Source: Alphaproteobacteria bacterium UBA6178
GTDB taxonomy: Bacteria; Pseudomonadota; Alphaproteobacteria; Rickettsiales; UBA3002
DNA length: 64,000 nt
Direction of reading: 5' to 3'
Assembly: GCA_002422205.1 (NCBI GenBank)
Contig: DITS01000031.1
Coordinates: 24,115-88,114 of the forward strand
Both the position numbers and the translations under genes were made by a program. Every line of letters starts with the position of its first letter. The first letter of the stretch is position 1. The notes under the pieces were generated by a model that was not told the origin of the DNA, made no database searches, and saw only the letters and a list, made by a program, of their open reading frames with translations. Of the stretch, positions 1 to 9,483 are shown piece by piece.

Positions 1-279
1 ATTCAGCTTGCCATCCATTACTTCTGTCGCCGCGCTCACCATCGCATCACCCAGTTTTTTATCGAGCACGCCCAACTGCATATTCACCGTTGCTGCGCAG
101 CGCTTCAACACACCCAACGCCCGCACCAGCGGAATCGGCATGGTCTCGGTGCCGATTTTGAAATTCATCAGCGAGCGCTCGGTTTGCGCACCCCAATAAC
201 GGTCATTCGCCACTTCTAATGGGCCGAATGTGTCGGTCTCGGTACGGGTGCTGTTATTCAGTTTGGTCACGCTGCTCAT
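1..279 (-). CDS. fumC: fumarate hydratase class II, N-terminal part (gene runs off window start)
   Basis: Manual reverse translation from the ATG at complement 277-279 gives [63 protein letters not shown].... The DxxGxxxVxxxxxWGAQTxRS N-terminus is typical of the class II fumarase family. GGAGGAG lies just upstream on the minus strand. Absent from the ORF track because it is truncated by the window edge. Confidence 0.8.
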   Translation of the reverse strand, partial: MSSVTKLNNSTRTETDTFGPLEVANDRYWGAQTERSLMNFKIGTETMPIPLVRALGVLKRCAATVNMQLGVLDKKLGDAMVSAATEVMDGKLN

Positions 280-376
280 GGCTCCTCCATAGAATATCTT
301 GTGCATTGATGTGCTCTGTAGTTCTATAAAAGCGAATCACCGATCATACAAGACGTAATCACACCAGAGCCTTCCC

Positions 377-1000
377 ATGCACGAAACCCCGCCATATTGG
401 CCCAAAGCCGTAGATATGTTAACCAAGGCCGATCCGGTCATGGCCAATTTATGCCGCCAGTTCAAAGGCGAAGCCATGCAAAGCCGCGGCGACGCGCTGC
501 ACACCTTGCTACGCTCGATCATCGGCCAGCAAATATCCGTTAAAGCGGCAGAAAGCGTATGGAATCAATTTGTTACAGCCATGCCGGAATTTTCCCCCGC
601 TCTTATTCTGGCTTGCGAGGATGACACCTTGCGCGCCTGTGGCCTCTCGCGTCAAAAAGTGCTGTATATCAAAGAGATTTCCAGTTTTTTTGATAGCAAT
701 GCCATTACGAAAGACTATTTCAAATCCAAAAGTGACGAAGAGGTCATCGCCGAGCTTACCTCGATCAAGGGAATAGGCCGTTGGACGGCTGAAATGTTTC
801 TTATGTTTCATTTGCTTAGGCCCGATGTGCTGCCGCTGGATGATATCGGTCTGCAACGTGGCATTGAGCGCCATTATAACGCGGGAGAGCGCATGTCGCG
901 CGGCGCGTATCTCGATATTGCCGCTAAATGGAAACCCTATCGCAGCGTTGCCACCTGGTTTTTATGGCGCTCGCTCGACCCCGTGCCGGTTGAGTACTAG
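377..1000 (+). CDS. HhH-GPD base-excision glycosylase (DNA-3-methyladenine glycosylase II-like)
   Basis: 207 aa. Helix-hairpin-helix segment LTSIKGIGRWTAEMFLMF followed by LPLDDIGLQRG (catalytic Asp region), as in the AlkA/Mag family. Confidence 0.75.
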   Translation: MHETPPYWPKAVDMLTKADPVMANLCRQFKGEAMQSRGDALHTLLRSIIGQQISVKAAESVWNQFVTAMPEFSPALILACEDDTLRACGLSRQKVLYIKEISSFFDSNAITKDYFKSKSDEEVIAELTSIKGIGRWTAEMFLMFHLLRPDVLPLDDIGLQRGIERHYNAGERMSRGAYLDIAAKWKPYRSVATWFLWRSLDPVPVEY

Positions 1001-1101
1001 CATTCTGGTGACCCTAAAAAAAGCCACAATAACCACCAAACCGTCATAAAATCGTCATGCTTCTGCCTTACTATGTAAGAGTGAGGAGAAATGCTTAAGC
1101 T

Positions 1102-3321
1102 ATGACCGACAAGAGAATTGAAACAGTTCTGGCAGCCGTGATGAAGGCAGAAGGTGGCTATGCCAACCATGCCCGAGACAAAGGGGGTGAAACCATGTAT
1201 GGGATCACCAGCGCAACAGCGCGCGCTCACGGTTATAACGGTCCGATGGCCTCTCTAACGCAGGAGCAGGCAAAACAAATATACGAAACCTCCTATATTA
1301 GATCACGCGGATTCGACAAAATCGAACATCTGGGCACCATGGCGCAAGTGGTCAGTGCAGGGGTGATGAGTGGCAAATATCTGGAAATCATCAGCGATGC
1401 GATGGACAAGCCAATCACCACCAACGAGCAAGCCGTCTCAGCCATCAATGAATATGTCAAAGTGCATGGTGCGGAAAAATTCTCTAAAACATTCGCTGAA
1501 GCGCGGATTACATATTACAAAGGGCTTGGGCCCGATCAATGGGCTACGTTTGGCGCTGGCTGGACCAACCGCGTCAACGCAGAAGCCAAATTATGGGAGC
1601 TGGGCGATGTGCTGCCCTTCGAGCCAAGTGTAACCGAAATCAGCACCGTCAAGCAAGCCCGTGCGCTATATGATAAATTCGACGTGTCGGTGGAAACCAC
1701 AATCAATGATCTAGCCGCACAAACAGGCCGCGATGCATTCACCACGCAAAAAACTGCCCTCACAATGGTTAGCCAGCTCAGAATAACCCCTCAGCAACTA
1801 TCCGCTGCAGGCATTGACATGACCAAGCTCGAGCAAGAACGGGGACTGGTGCCACAGGAAGAGCGCGCGCGCATTGAAGCGTTAGACGACAAAGAAAAGG
1901 CGAAGGCATTTGAAGGGCGTAAAATTATACGCGATGGTGACAACTGGTACGATCTGGACAAAGCGAAAATCGGCGATGAAAGCAAAAAACTGCTGAAAGC
2001 CGCTGGCGAAATCTATGACGGGCTAACACCTGAACAAAGGACCGACCTCAAAAGCATGGCCGATTCGGCCATTAAAGAAGCTGAAGAGCGAGCCGTGCAA
2101 AACGCACGTGAACACGCGATTGATATGAACCGTGCTGCAGGTCTGGGTGATCTTGATTTCTTTGGCGCGCTGATATTGGCGCTGATGGCACACGCAGCAG
2201 GTCATCCCGAGCTTGCCAAACAAATCATGGATGCGGTTGTTAATCCCGGTGAGACAATACAACATGGAAACGATAGCCGAAGCACAGGTGCGGGCGGTGT
2301 CACCGACCACACCACATTATCCGACGAAAATTTAAAAGCTAAAATTGCCAAACCACTGGAAGGATCAACGCTTCGCGGTGCTATCGTCGAACTCGCCACT
2401 CGATTCGAAGGCATGAGAGAAGTAGGCACAAACGGTGGCGATTTGGTGAAATGGGTGAATGGCTACACCGGAGACCCATGGTGCGGCGGCTATGTTGATA
2501 AAATAATCGATACTGCTTTTGAGCAAGCCACAGGCAAACCATTAACCACCGGCGAAAATGACGGGGTATCAACTGGCCGTCTTTCAGCTGCTTACTATAA
2601 GCATATTGCTGAAAAGCAAGGCGCTTATTTTACGCCATCATCAGGCAAGCTGCCCAAGCCGGGTGATGTTGTGTTTTTCAGCGTATCCGCGAATAATAGC
2701 GGCTACCATGTGGGCATGGTAACCAAAGTGGAGAATGGCCAGATTCATTACACCGCAGGCAATGAAAGCGACATGGTAGTCAATCGCTCTTATAGTGTGA
2801 ACAATCATCGTGGCGCTGCAGGTATCGTCGTAGGCTATGCCGATTTAGGGCAGATCGCTAAAAATATAAGCGGCGTTGATATCGATGCGTCGCTTGAGAG
2901 TATTAAAGCCCAATGGAAACCCACTCCCGCTGTACAGCCCCCCGCAACGCCCGCTCCCGCAACGCCCGCTCCCGCAACAGGCACTCCGCCGACAACCGGC
3001 ACCGCTCCGCCAGAATCACCAACCCCTGCGTCAGTAACGTTATACCAGAATCCTGATCCAGCATTCAAGGCGCTCGTCGCGCAATATAATCTGGATATGG
3101 GCACGAAGATTCGTATCAGTTCAGAAAAATCAAAGGCGGACGTCTCAACCCCAACAGACGACGTAAAAGCTATCCGCACCGCACTGAAAGAAAACGGTGT
3201 GACCACGGGCGATAAAAAGGGTGAAGACTCCATCAGTGGCGGCAATCTGCAACGTGCGCTCGAAGCGACTGCCGCAAAGAAAAATGAAGCGACTAAGGCC
3301 GATTCCCCTGCATTGGCATAA
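1102..3321 (+). CDS. multidomain peptidoglycan hydrolase: N-terminal GH108-like muramidase + PG_binding_3-like region, central CHAP/NlpC-type amidase, Pro/Thr/Ala-rich linker, C-terminal tail
   Basis: 739 aa. N-terminus VMKAEGGYANHARDKGGETMYGIT matches the GH108 EGGY..D.GG.T..GIT motif, and WATFGAGWTNRV resembles the end of PG_binding_3. GDPWCGGYVDKII ... GYHVGMVTKVENGQIHYTAGNES is a Cys/His CHAP-like pair. No N-terminal signal peptide is visible. Confidence 0.7.
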   Translation: MTDKRIETVLAAVMKAEGGYANHARDKGGETMYGITSATARAHGYNGPMASLTQEQAKQIYETSYIRSRGFDKIEHLGTMAQVVSAGVMSGKYLEIISDAMDKPITTNEQAVSAINEYVKVHGAEKFSKTFAEARITYYKGLGPDQWATFGAGWTNRVNAEAKLWELGDVLPFEPSVTEISTVKQARALYDKFDVSVETTINDLAAQTGRDAFTTQKTALTMVSQLRITPQQLSAAGIDMTKLEQERGLVPQEERARIEALDDKEKAKAFEGRKIIRDGDNWYDLDKAKIGDESKKLLKAAGEIYDGLTPEQRTDLKSMADSAIKEAEERAVQNAREHAIDMNRAAGLGDLDFFGALILALMAHAAGHPELAKQIMDAVVNPGETIQHGNDSRSTGAGGVTDHTTLSDENLKAKIAKPLEGSTLRGAIVELATRFEGMREVGTNGGDLVKWVNGYTGDPWCGGYVDKIIDTAFEQATGKPLTTGENDGVSTGRLSAAYYKHIAEKQGAYFTPSSGKLPKPGDVVFFSVSANNSGYHVGMVTKVENGQIHYTAGNESDMVVNRSYSVNNHRGAAGIVVGYADLGQIAKNISGVDIDASLESIKAQWKPTPAVQPPATPAPATPAPATGTPPTTGTAPPESPTPASVTLYQNPDPAFKALVAQYNLDMGTKIRISSEKSKADVSTPTDDVKAIRTALKENGVTTGDKKGEDSISGGNLQRALEATAAKKNEATKADSPALA
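2941..2979 (+). repeat. 15-bp tandem repeat (cccgcaacgcccgct x2.6) encoding PATPAPATPAPAT linker
   Basis: Direct reading: identical 15-mers at 2941-2955 and 2956-2970, and a partial third copy at 2971-2979, all inside the hydrolase ORF. Confidence 0.9.
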
Positions 3322-3481
3322 AATATCGTCGCTCTTCCAGTATCTACGTCCTGAGTTATCAATCCAAAGATTTGCTTGTCTGGCGGGCGCATCACTCTAT
3401 AACATAAACATCACCCTTATATTATAAACACCATGTTACTATAAGGTGCATTGTTAACACCGCATATATACACGGAAAATC

Positions 3482-4792
3482 ATGATCCCACGTTACACCC
3501 GCAAAGAAATGGCCGACATCTGGTCACCTTCCACCAAATTCCGCATCATGTTCGAAATCGAGGCGCATGCCTGCGACGCCATGGCGGCCCTCGGTGTGGT
3601 ACCCAAGGCGGCGGCTAAAGCCATCTGGAAACATGGGCCCGACTATTTTGACGATCGCGCCATCGCCCGCATCGACGAAATCGAACATGTCACCAAGCAT
3701 GATGTCATTGCCTTCCTCACTTTTGTCGCCGAAGAAGTGGGCGAGGAGGCACGTTTCCTGCATCAGGGGATGACCAGCTCCGACGTACTCGATACTTGCT
3801 TCGCCGTGCAATTATCACGCGCTGCCGATTTGCTGCTGGCGGATATGAAAAAACTCCTCGGCGCACTCAAAACCCGCGCGTATGAGACCAAAGACATGGT
3901 GTGCATGGGCCGCAGCCACGGTATTCATGCCGAGCCGGTGACCATGGGCCTCAAATTTGCCCGCTGGTACGCCGAAATGGAACGCAGCACCAAACGCCTC
4001 AAAGCCGCCAAAAAGGACATCGCCACCTGCGCGATTTCCGGCGCTGTCGGCACCTTTGCTAATATCGACCCGTCAGTCGAAGCGCATGTGGCCGACAAAA
4101 TGGGCCTCACTATCGAGCCGGTATCCACCCAAATCATCCCGCGTGACCGCCACGCCATGTTTTTCGCCACGCTTGGCGTCATCGCCAGCTCCATCGAAAA
4201 TATCGCAACCGAAATCCGTCATTTGCAACGCACCGAAGTGCTCGAAGCCGAAGAATTCTTCAGCAAAGGCCAAAAAGGCAGCTCGGCCATGCCGCATAAG
4301 CGCAATCCGGTATTATCAGAAAATCTCTGCGGGCTGGCGCGGCTGGTGCGAGCCACCGTCACTCCCGCGCTGGAAAATGTGGCGCTATGGCATGAACGCG
4401 ACATATCCCACTCCTCCGTCGAGCGCGGCATTGCCCCCGATGCAACCGTCACACTCGATTTCGCGCTGGTGCGACTAACCGGCCTGATCGACAAGCTGGT
4501 GGTATACCCCAAGAACATGCAACGTAACCTCAACCAGCTTAGCGGCCTGGTATTTTCCCAGCGCGTCATGCTCGCCCTAACGCAAAAAGGGCTCAGCCGC
4601 GAAGAATCCTACGCGCTGGTGCAACGCAACGCCATGAAAGTATGGGAAGAGGGCAAAGACTTCCTCACCGAGCTGAAAAAGGACAAAAAAGTTAAAGCAT
4701 CCATGACCGACAAGGAAATAGAAGCATTGTTCGATCTGACCTACCACACCAAACATATCGACACGATTTTCAACCGCGTGTTCGGCAAATAA
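3482..4792 (+). CDS. purB: adenylosuccinate lyase
   Basis: 436 aa. N-terminus MIPRYTRKEMADIWS and the fumarate-lyase signature SSAMPHKRNP. Confidence 0.93.
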   Translation: MIPRYTRKEMADIWSPSTKFRIMFEIEAHACDAMAALGVVPKAAAKAIWKHGPDYFDDRAIARIDEIEHVTKHDVIAFLTFVAEEVGEEARFLHQGMTSSDVLDTCFAVQLSRAADLLLADMKKLLGALKTRAYETKDMVCMGRSHGIHAEPVTMGLKFARWYAEMERSTKRLKAAKKDIATCAISGAVGTFANIDPSVEAHVADKMGLTIEPVSTQIIPRDRHAMFFATLGVIASSIENIATEIRHLQRTEVLEAEEFFSKGQKGSSAMPHKRNPVLSENLCGLARLVRATVTPALENVALWHERDISHSSVERGIAPDATVTLDFALVRLTGLIDKLVVYPKNMQRNLNQLSGLVFSQRVMLALTQKGLSREESYALVQRNAMKVWEEGKDFLTELKKDKKVKASMTDKEIEALFDLTYHTKHIDTIFNRVFGK

Positions 4793-4793
4793 T

Positions 4794-5204
4794 ATGGCGT
4801 GGCATCTCGATACGGTTTTGGAGCGTGACACTTTCGCCGTTACCGATTACCCGCTATGCGAAATTCGCCTGATGGATAATAAGTTGTTCCCATGGCTCAT
4901 ATTGGTGCCCAAACGCGAAGGCGCCAGCGAATGGATTGACCTCGACCGCGCCGACCAGCATCAGCTATCCGACGAAATCGCCATTTGCAGCCATATCTTT
5001 CAGGCCATCGTAACCCCCGACAAGCTGAACATCGCGGCATTGGGTAATCAGGTGAAGCAACTACACATCCATTTGATTGGCCGTTACGCTGCTGACAGCG
5101 CATGGCCCAACCCCGTCTGGGGCGGTAACCGTGAATATTATGCAGATGAAGAAAAAAGTCGGTTTATTTATGAGCTGAAAACAGCGCTCGAAAGCGCAAT
5201 TTAG
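4794..5204 (+). CDS. HIT family hydrolase
   Basis: 136 aa. Histidine-triad motif LHIHLIGR (HxHxHxx). Confidence 0.8.
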   Translation: MAWHLDTVLERDTFAVTDYPLCEIRLMDNKLFPWLILVPKREGASEWIDLDRADQHQLSDEIAICSHIFQAIVTPDKLNIAALGNQVKQLHIHLIGRYAADSAWPNPVWGGNREYYADEEKSRFIYELKTALESAI

Positions 5205-5911
5205 CGGCCTTGTTCGGGCGGCACGGGACGTGTAGCAGCAGCAATCGAGCGCATCGCACCAATCTGTCGGTCAATTTCACCACCCCGTACAGCGAGATAC
5301 TGACCAACATCATTTGCGGGCATGGCAGCTTTTTTCGTGGCCAAGATAACCGCTTCCGTCAGAATGGCCTTGAATCCTGCCATTTCTTCGGGGCCTTGTG
5401 GTTGAACTCCCGTTAAGCTGTGCAGAATCGCCTGCGCGCTTTTAATCCCTCTATCCATGATTTCTATATCGGCATCGCTCATTGCAGGTTGTGCAACAGC
5501 TGCACGCACGATCACATCAGCCATATTAGCCGCCGCAACCGATGCGGCAATAGCAGGTGGCTCATCAGGGTTTGGGGCGGCAAGCCACAGCTGCGCCGGT
5601 TCACTGGAAAGGGGGGTGATGGCGGCGGCGGGATTGGTTTTGCGTTGAAGGGCTTGCATTTCGAGTGACAGCCAGTCGGTCACAACCGCTTGCATGCGTG
5701 CCTTGGCTTGGTCGGCCAAAGCGGCATATAGCTCCTTGGCTGATGCGAGTCCCTGAGTCACCGCTTGTTGACCTGAAAAGCTTTGTCCTTGCGTGTGAGT
5801 AAGGGCGGCGTAATCAACAGGTGCTTCGCCACGCAAGCCGCGCTCAACATTCAGCCAGGCAATAATCCGGGGTACATTATCTATTGTAGCAGTTGTCATA
5901 ACCATCTCCAA
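5201..5911 (-). CDS. hypothetical protein (Ala-rich, no recognised domain)
   Basis: 236-aa ORF. The start is more likely the ATG at 5899 (MTTATIDN), which is preceded by GGAG. It overlaps the HIT gene convergently by 4 nt. Confidence 0.5.
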   Translation of the reverse strand: MEMVMTTATIDNVPRIIAWLNVERGLRGEAPVDYAALTHTQGQSFSGQQAVTQGLASAKELYAALADQAKARMQAVVTDWLSLEMQALQRKTNPAAAITPLSSEPAQLWLAAPNPDEPPAIAASVAAANMADVIVRAAVAQPAMSDADIEIMDRGIKSAQAILHSLTGVQPQGPEEMAGFKAILTEAVILATKKAAMPANDVGQYLAVRGGEIDRQIGAMRSIAAATRPVPPEQGR

Positions 5912-6060
5912 TCAGCACTATATCCGGCCCCCGCGTCCACTTCCACTTAAGAAATATGAAGTTTGTGTGAAAAAGAGAGGCTGATCATAGGGTAAGTGCC
6001 TATGCGTCATTCTCCTTGACAGGCGACGCGAAATGGCTAGTTTCAGCTTCTTTCTGGCGT

Positions 6061-6137
6061 GGCGGAGTAGCTCAGTTGGTTAGAGCAGCGGAATCATAAT
6101 CCGCGTGTCGGGGGTTCAAATCCCTCCTCCGCTACCA
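6061..6137 (+). tRNA. tRNA-Met (anticodon CAT; the Ile2-lysidine alternative is not excluded)
   Basis: Hand-folded cloverleaf: acceptor GGCGGAG/CTCCGCT (G1:U72), D arm GCTC-AGTTGGTTA-GAGC, anticodon arm GCGGA-ATCATAA-TCCGC, T arm GGGGG-TTCAAAT-CCCTC, encoded CCA. A TTGACA-type -35 lies about 40 nt upstream. Confidence 0.9.
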
Positions 6138-6250
6138 AATCTCAATCCAGCCCAATGCATTTTAGGATAATTTATCATTATATATCATGCATTAATTATG
6201 AATGTGTGTGCGGCGGTGTCCAACGAAATGTGATGAAATCTGGATATTTA

Positions 6251-6270
6251 TAGGGTATAGTATAGGGTAT
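6251..6270 (+). repeat. tandem TAGGGTAT motifs (candidate integrase arm-type sites), left end of island A
   Basis: tagggtatagtatagggtat at 6251-6270. The same motif pair recurs at 13461-13482, and a single copy sits at 7497-7505. Confidence 0.6.
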
Positions 6271-6285
6271 TAAAATGGATATCAC

Positions 6286-7485
6286 ATGCCCAAAACTACT
6301 AAGCAACTCACGGATACTGAAATTCTCAAGGCCAAGCCTAGAGCGAAAATCTATAAACTCCATGATGGAAAGGGATTGGTGGTGCTTATCAGACCAAGCG
6401 GAACCAAGACTTTTCAGCATCGTTATATAATAAATGGTAAAGCGAAGATCAGCACTATTGGGCAGTACGGTAAAGCTGCCGATTGTATCAATTTAGATTT
6501 GGCTAGAAAAATATTAGCTGAGCAACGGGCTATGATAAAAGCAGGAGATGATCCAGCATTAATTAAGGCTGAGAATAAAGCAGAAAGGCAATACATATTT
6601 CGTGAAGTCGCAGATGAATGGATGTTAAAACAAGATTGGGTTCCTGCACATCGAAAAAGGATTTTACAGAGATTGAATAAGGATTTCTTTCCTCAGATAG
6701 GTGATATCCCAATAGCTGATATCAAGCGTGTAGTAATAAGGGATATTATAGACAAGATATATAATCGCGGTGCAAAGAACGTAGCAAACCGTGCTTGCCA
6801 AAGCTGCACGCAAATATTTGAGTATGCAATTATATCTGGATATTGCGAAGCCAATGTCGCAGCAGGATTATCAAAGGTTTTTAAAGCTCCAGAATCAGAA
6901 AACCATGCATACATGAGTGAAAAGGAACTAGAGCAGTTTGTTTATGCATTATACTCAGATAATGAAAAAGCCGTAAGTCGTTTAGCTGTAAAATTGTTTT
7001 TGTTGTTTTTTACACGTCATGCGGAATTGAGAAAAGCAAAATGGGATGAGGTCAAGGTTAGCGAGCAAATACTAGTAATTCCTAAAGAGCGTATGAAACT
7101 TAAGAAGAATCTTATCGTTCCTTTGTCGAGTCAGGCGCTAAATATTCTGACTGAATTGAAGCAACTCTGTGGCGATAGCGAATACCTATTCCCTAGTCCT
7201 CAGAATAAATCAAAGCCAATCAGTGACGTTACAATCCTCACAAAGGCCAAGTCCTACTATAAAGAAAAGAGCATTACACTACATGGCTTCAGGCATACGG
7301 CTTCAACAATTCTAAATGAATTAGGCAAGAGGTCAGATGCAATAGAAGCGCAGATGTCTCACACTGACCCCAACTCGGTTAGAAAGATTTATAACAAGGC
7401 CGAATACCTACCAGAAAGGAAAGAAATTATGCAGTTCTGGGCAGATCATTTAGACGTGTTATTTGAAAAAGGCAAAAACCAATAA
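6286..7485 (+). CDS. tyrosine integrase, P4/CP4-57-like (DUF4102-type N-terminus)
   Basis: 399 aa. N-terminus LTDTEILKAKPRAKIYKLHDGKGLVVLIRPSGTKTFQHRY. Catalytic HGFRHTAST and MSHTDPNSVRKIYNKAEY (R..HxxR..Y). Located adjacent to the tRNA. Confidence 0.9.
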   Translation: MPKTTKQLTDTEILKAKPRAKIYKLHDGKGLVVLIRPSGTKTFQHRYIINGKAKISTIGQYGKAADCINLDLARKILAEQRAMIKAGDDPALIKAENKAERQYIFREVADEWMLKQDWVPAHRKRILQRLNKDFFPQIGDIPIADIKRVVIRDIIDKIYNRGAKNVANRACQSCTQIFEYAIISGYCEANVAAGLSKVFKAPESENHAYMSEKELEQFVYALYSDNEKAVSRLAVKLFLLFFTRHAELRKAKWDEVKVSEQILVIPKERMKLKKNLIVPLSSQALNILTELKQLCGDSEYLFPSPQNKSKPISDVTILTKAKSYYKEKSITLHGFRHTASTILNELGKRSDAIEAQMSHTDPNSVRKIYNKAEYLPERKEIMQFWADHLDVLFEKGKNQ

Positions 7486-7556
7486 AAGTTGTTACTTAGG
7501 GTATTAGGTGGGTGTCAATGATTTCAATATAAAACAATTGTTTATATCATTTTAGA

Positions 7557-7585
7557 TTTACTTTTTTGCTGAAAAACTGTATAAT
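7557..7585 (+). promoter_or_regulatory. candidate sigma70 promoter for alpA-like gene (TTTACT-17-TATAAT)
   Basis: TTTACT at 7557-7562, a 17-nt spacer, TATAAT at 7580-7585. A near-palindrome atataaaacaattgtttatat lies just upstream, at about 7527-7547. Confidence 0.4.
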
Positions 7586-7633
7586 TCCCCTTGAGTGAAA
7601 GCTCCAATTAATAATAAAAAAGGACAAAATAAG

Positions 7634-7840
7634 ATGAATGATAAATTCGCATACGCACCTCAAGGATTCCTCCGTCTCCCGCAAGTTCTCCAATTAATCC
7701 CAGTAAGTAAATCCACGTGGTGGAGTGGGATAAATCAGGGCATTTACCCTGCGGGAATAAAAATCAGCCGCAATATCACCGCGTGGTACTCAAAAGATAT
7801 TTTGTCTCTTGTTGAGCAATTGCGTACCAAAAATTCTTAA
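7634..7840 (+). CDS. AlpA-family transcriptional regulator / excisionase-like HTH
   Basis: LRLPQVLQLIPVSKSTWWSGINQGIYPAGIKISRNITAWYSKDI is typical AlpA/Prophage CP4-57 regulatory HTH. The ATG at 7634 (RBS aaggac upstream) is preferred over the GTG at 7595 in the ORF track. Confidence 0.8.
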   Translation: MNDKFAYAPQGFLRLPQVLQLIPVSKSTWWSGINQGIYPAGIKISRNITAWYSKDILSLVEQLRTKNS

Positions 7841-7852
7841 GGGTCGGGATCA

Positions 7853-7892
7853 TCTAGACAGATAAGAAGGAATATCCTCTTATCTGTCTAGA
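7853..7892 (+). terminator. long hairpin downstream of alpA-like gene
   Basis: tctagacagataag ... cttatctgtctaga forms a 14-15 bp near-perfect stem around a roughly 10-nt loop. There is no clear T-tract, so it is either a terminator or a protein-binding palindrome. Confidence 0.4.
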
Positions 7893-8105
7893 TATTGGCT
7901 TTGCGATTGTAGATTATTGAGGCATCCCCTTCCTCTCACTGTCAGTAAGCCATGCTTATATATCTTTAGTAAATTTCCATAAGTAACGTAGATCACATCA
8001 ATATACAGAGTTCATTTTCGCGTCTTTATTTAATCATAAATAGATATATGTGACCTTCCCCCTGCACATCAACAAAGGTATGATAGATTATACAAAGGAA
8101 ATTCT

Positions 8106-8270
8106 ATGTTCAGAAAGAATAAAAAAATACGCGAAAAACTACAGGAAATGATTGATCGCCATGATGTGTTTTATTCAAGCAATGTGGTTGGAGTAGACAA
8201 GAGTGATATTAGCAAGATGTATAGAATCTGCTTAGATGATTTAATTACTATTAAGCAACTACTTTCATAG
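8106..8270 (+). CDS. small hypothetical protein (54 aa)
   Basis: Manual ORF MFRKNKKIREKLQEMIDRHDVFYSSNVVGVDKSDISKMYRICLDDLITIKQLLS, preceded by aaagga. It is below the ORF-track size cutoff, so coding status is uncertain. Confidence 0.3.
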   Translation: MFRKNKKIREKLQEMIDRHDVFYSSNVVGVDKSDISKMYRICLDDLITIKQLLS

Positions 8271-8732
8271 CCCAATTTCGGATGATTCCAAAGGCTCATT
8301 CAAACCATTTGCTTCACAGGGAGCGTCACCATTTTTTAGTAAATCATTAAAGAAGACTTTATCAAATCTTCCCGATAAGCTGGCGTAACGAAAAATGGCT
8401 ATTAATTCGTGCCGTTGAGTATGATGACCTCCGAAATGACTTTCATAATCGTAGAATGATAAATTGGGGGTGGTTTTATCCATCCAAACGTTATCAGCAT
8501 ATTCAATAACTTCTCTAACTAAGGATGGAGTGATGTTATAAACGTCTGCAAATGGATCAATATCATCATCAAATTCATTATGAAAATATGGGAACATGCG
8601 TTGATAGTATGCATAAACGTATGCCTCGTTTAGGCTATCTCGTACAACTGGCGTGTTGAATCCCAAAATCAATTGCTGTCTTTTGGTTTCATAAATTGCT
8701 TTTAAAAGATTGTTATCCATTATTTTCTCCAT
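8265..8732 (-). CDS. hypothetical protein (island A cargo)
   Basis: 155-aa ORF with no recognised motif. The likely start is the second ATG at 8720 (MDNNLL), which is preceded by GGAG. It is co-oriented with the upstream 184-aa ORF. Confidence 0.55.
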   Translation of the reverse strand: MEKIMDNNLLKAIYETKRQQLILGFNTPVVRDSLNEAYVYAYYQRMFPYFHNEFDDDIDPFADVYNITPSLVREVIEYADNVWMDKTTPNLSFYDYESHFGGHHTQRHELIAIFRYASLSGRFDKVFFNDLLKNGDAPCEANGLNEPLESSEIGL

Positions 8733-8852
8733 CCCTTTGGAGGATAATAGCTATATCCCAGTATTTCAAGCTGCTAATGCAAAATCAGCAACCCGTCATC
8801 TAGAAGAACTGATGCAGTATTTTAGGATTCTTATCCCTAGATGCATTTTTAG

Positions 8853-9407
8853 CTAGGCTAACGCTTCACATTTATTCGCGGCATTGGACAACACAGAGTT
8901 TATTAATGTTGTACTGCGTTCTTTAAGTGCAGTTGTATTAGGAACTGTTATGTAACTGTATAAAATAAAACCTAGTCCCACACCACTTGTTACCAAAGTA
9001 AGACTGAGCGCCCAAAACCACCACCATGAACCTCTAACATCTTTAACCTCAAGGGTCATTTCAACAAAACACGTTCCCTTTTCAGGATTTGAGGTCAATT
9101 CGATTTCTCCACGCAAATCATGGATTTCTTTATTATACAGTGTAAAAACCGTTACCAGATTGGGGTTGCTAAGATTGTCTTCCTGACCAGAACGTTTCTT
9201 TCTTTCAATCAGCTTTTCTCTAACTTTGGGCTTTGACCATGATGGTAAAAAGTTGGATTTGAGTAAGAAGCCATCCGTCAATGACAGTCCCCTTTCATCC
9301 TGTGTAATTTTTAGGCGGCCATTCTTTTGCAACTCACTTTTGATGCTCTCCAAAATCATAACTTCATCTCCACGATGTATGATTTTGGAGATAGATAACT
9401 GCGCCAC
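8853..9407 (-). CDS. hypothetical membrane-anchored protein (island A cargo)
   Basis: 184 aa. A soluble N-terminal part is followed by a Trp-rich hydrophobic stretch, SWWWFWALSLTLVTSGVGLGFILYSYI, and a short tail. Confidence 0.55.
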   Translation of the reverse strand: MAQLSISKIIHRGDEVMILESIKSELQKNGRLKITQDERGLSLTDGFLLKSNFLPSWSKPKVREKLIERKKRSGQEDNLSNPNLVTVFTLYNKEIHDLRGEIELTSNPEKGTCFVEMTLEVKDVRGSWWWFWALSLTLVTSGVGLGFILYSYITVPNTTALKERSTTLINSVLSNAANKCEALA

Positions 9408-9483
9408 AACACCACCAATGCTAATTAATTCTCGGTGAATATAAGTGCGGCGATTATTTTTGTCAATTCACTACTTTTAGCGC

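Noticed and set aside
3957-4478. 173-aa alternative-frame ORF inside purB
   Set aside because: It is on the same strand but out of frame with the well-supported purB frame, and its translation is Pro/Ser/Ala-rich and low in complexity.
7595-7633. GTG start at 7595 for the AlpA-like gene, and the track starts at 16382 (HigA-like), 39391, 45652 (pyrE), 58832 (phaR) and 61804
   Set aside because: In each case an internal ATG has a better-placed Shine-Dalgarno sequence. That ATG also gives the family-typical N-terminus and/or avoids overlap with a neighbouring gene.
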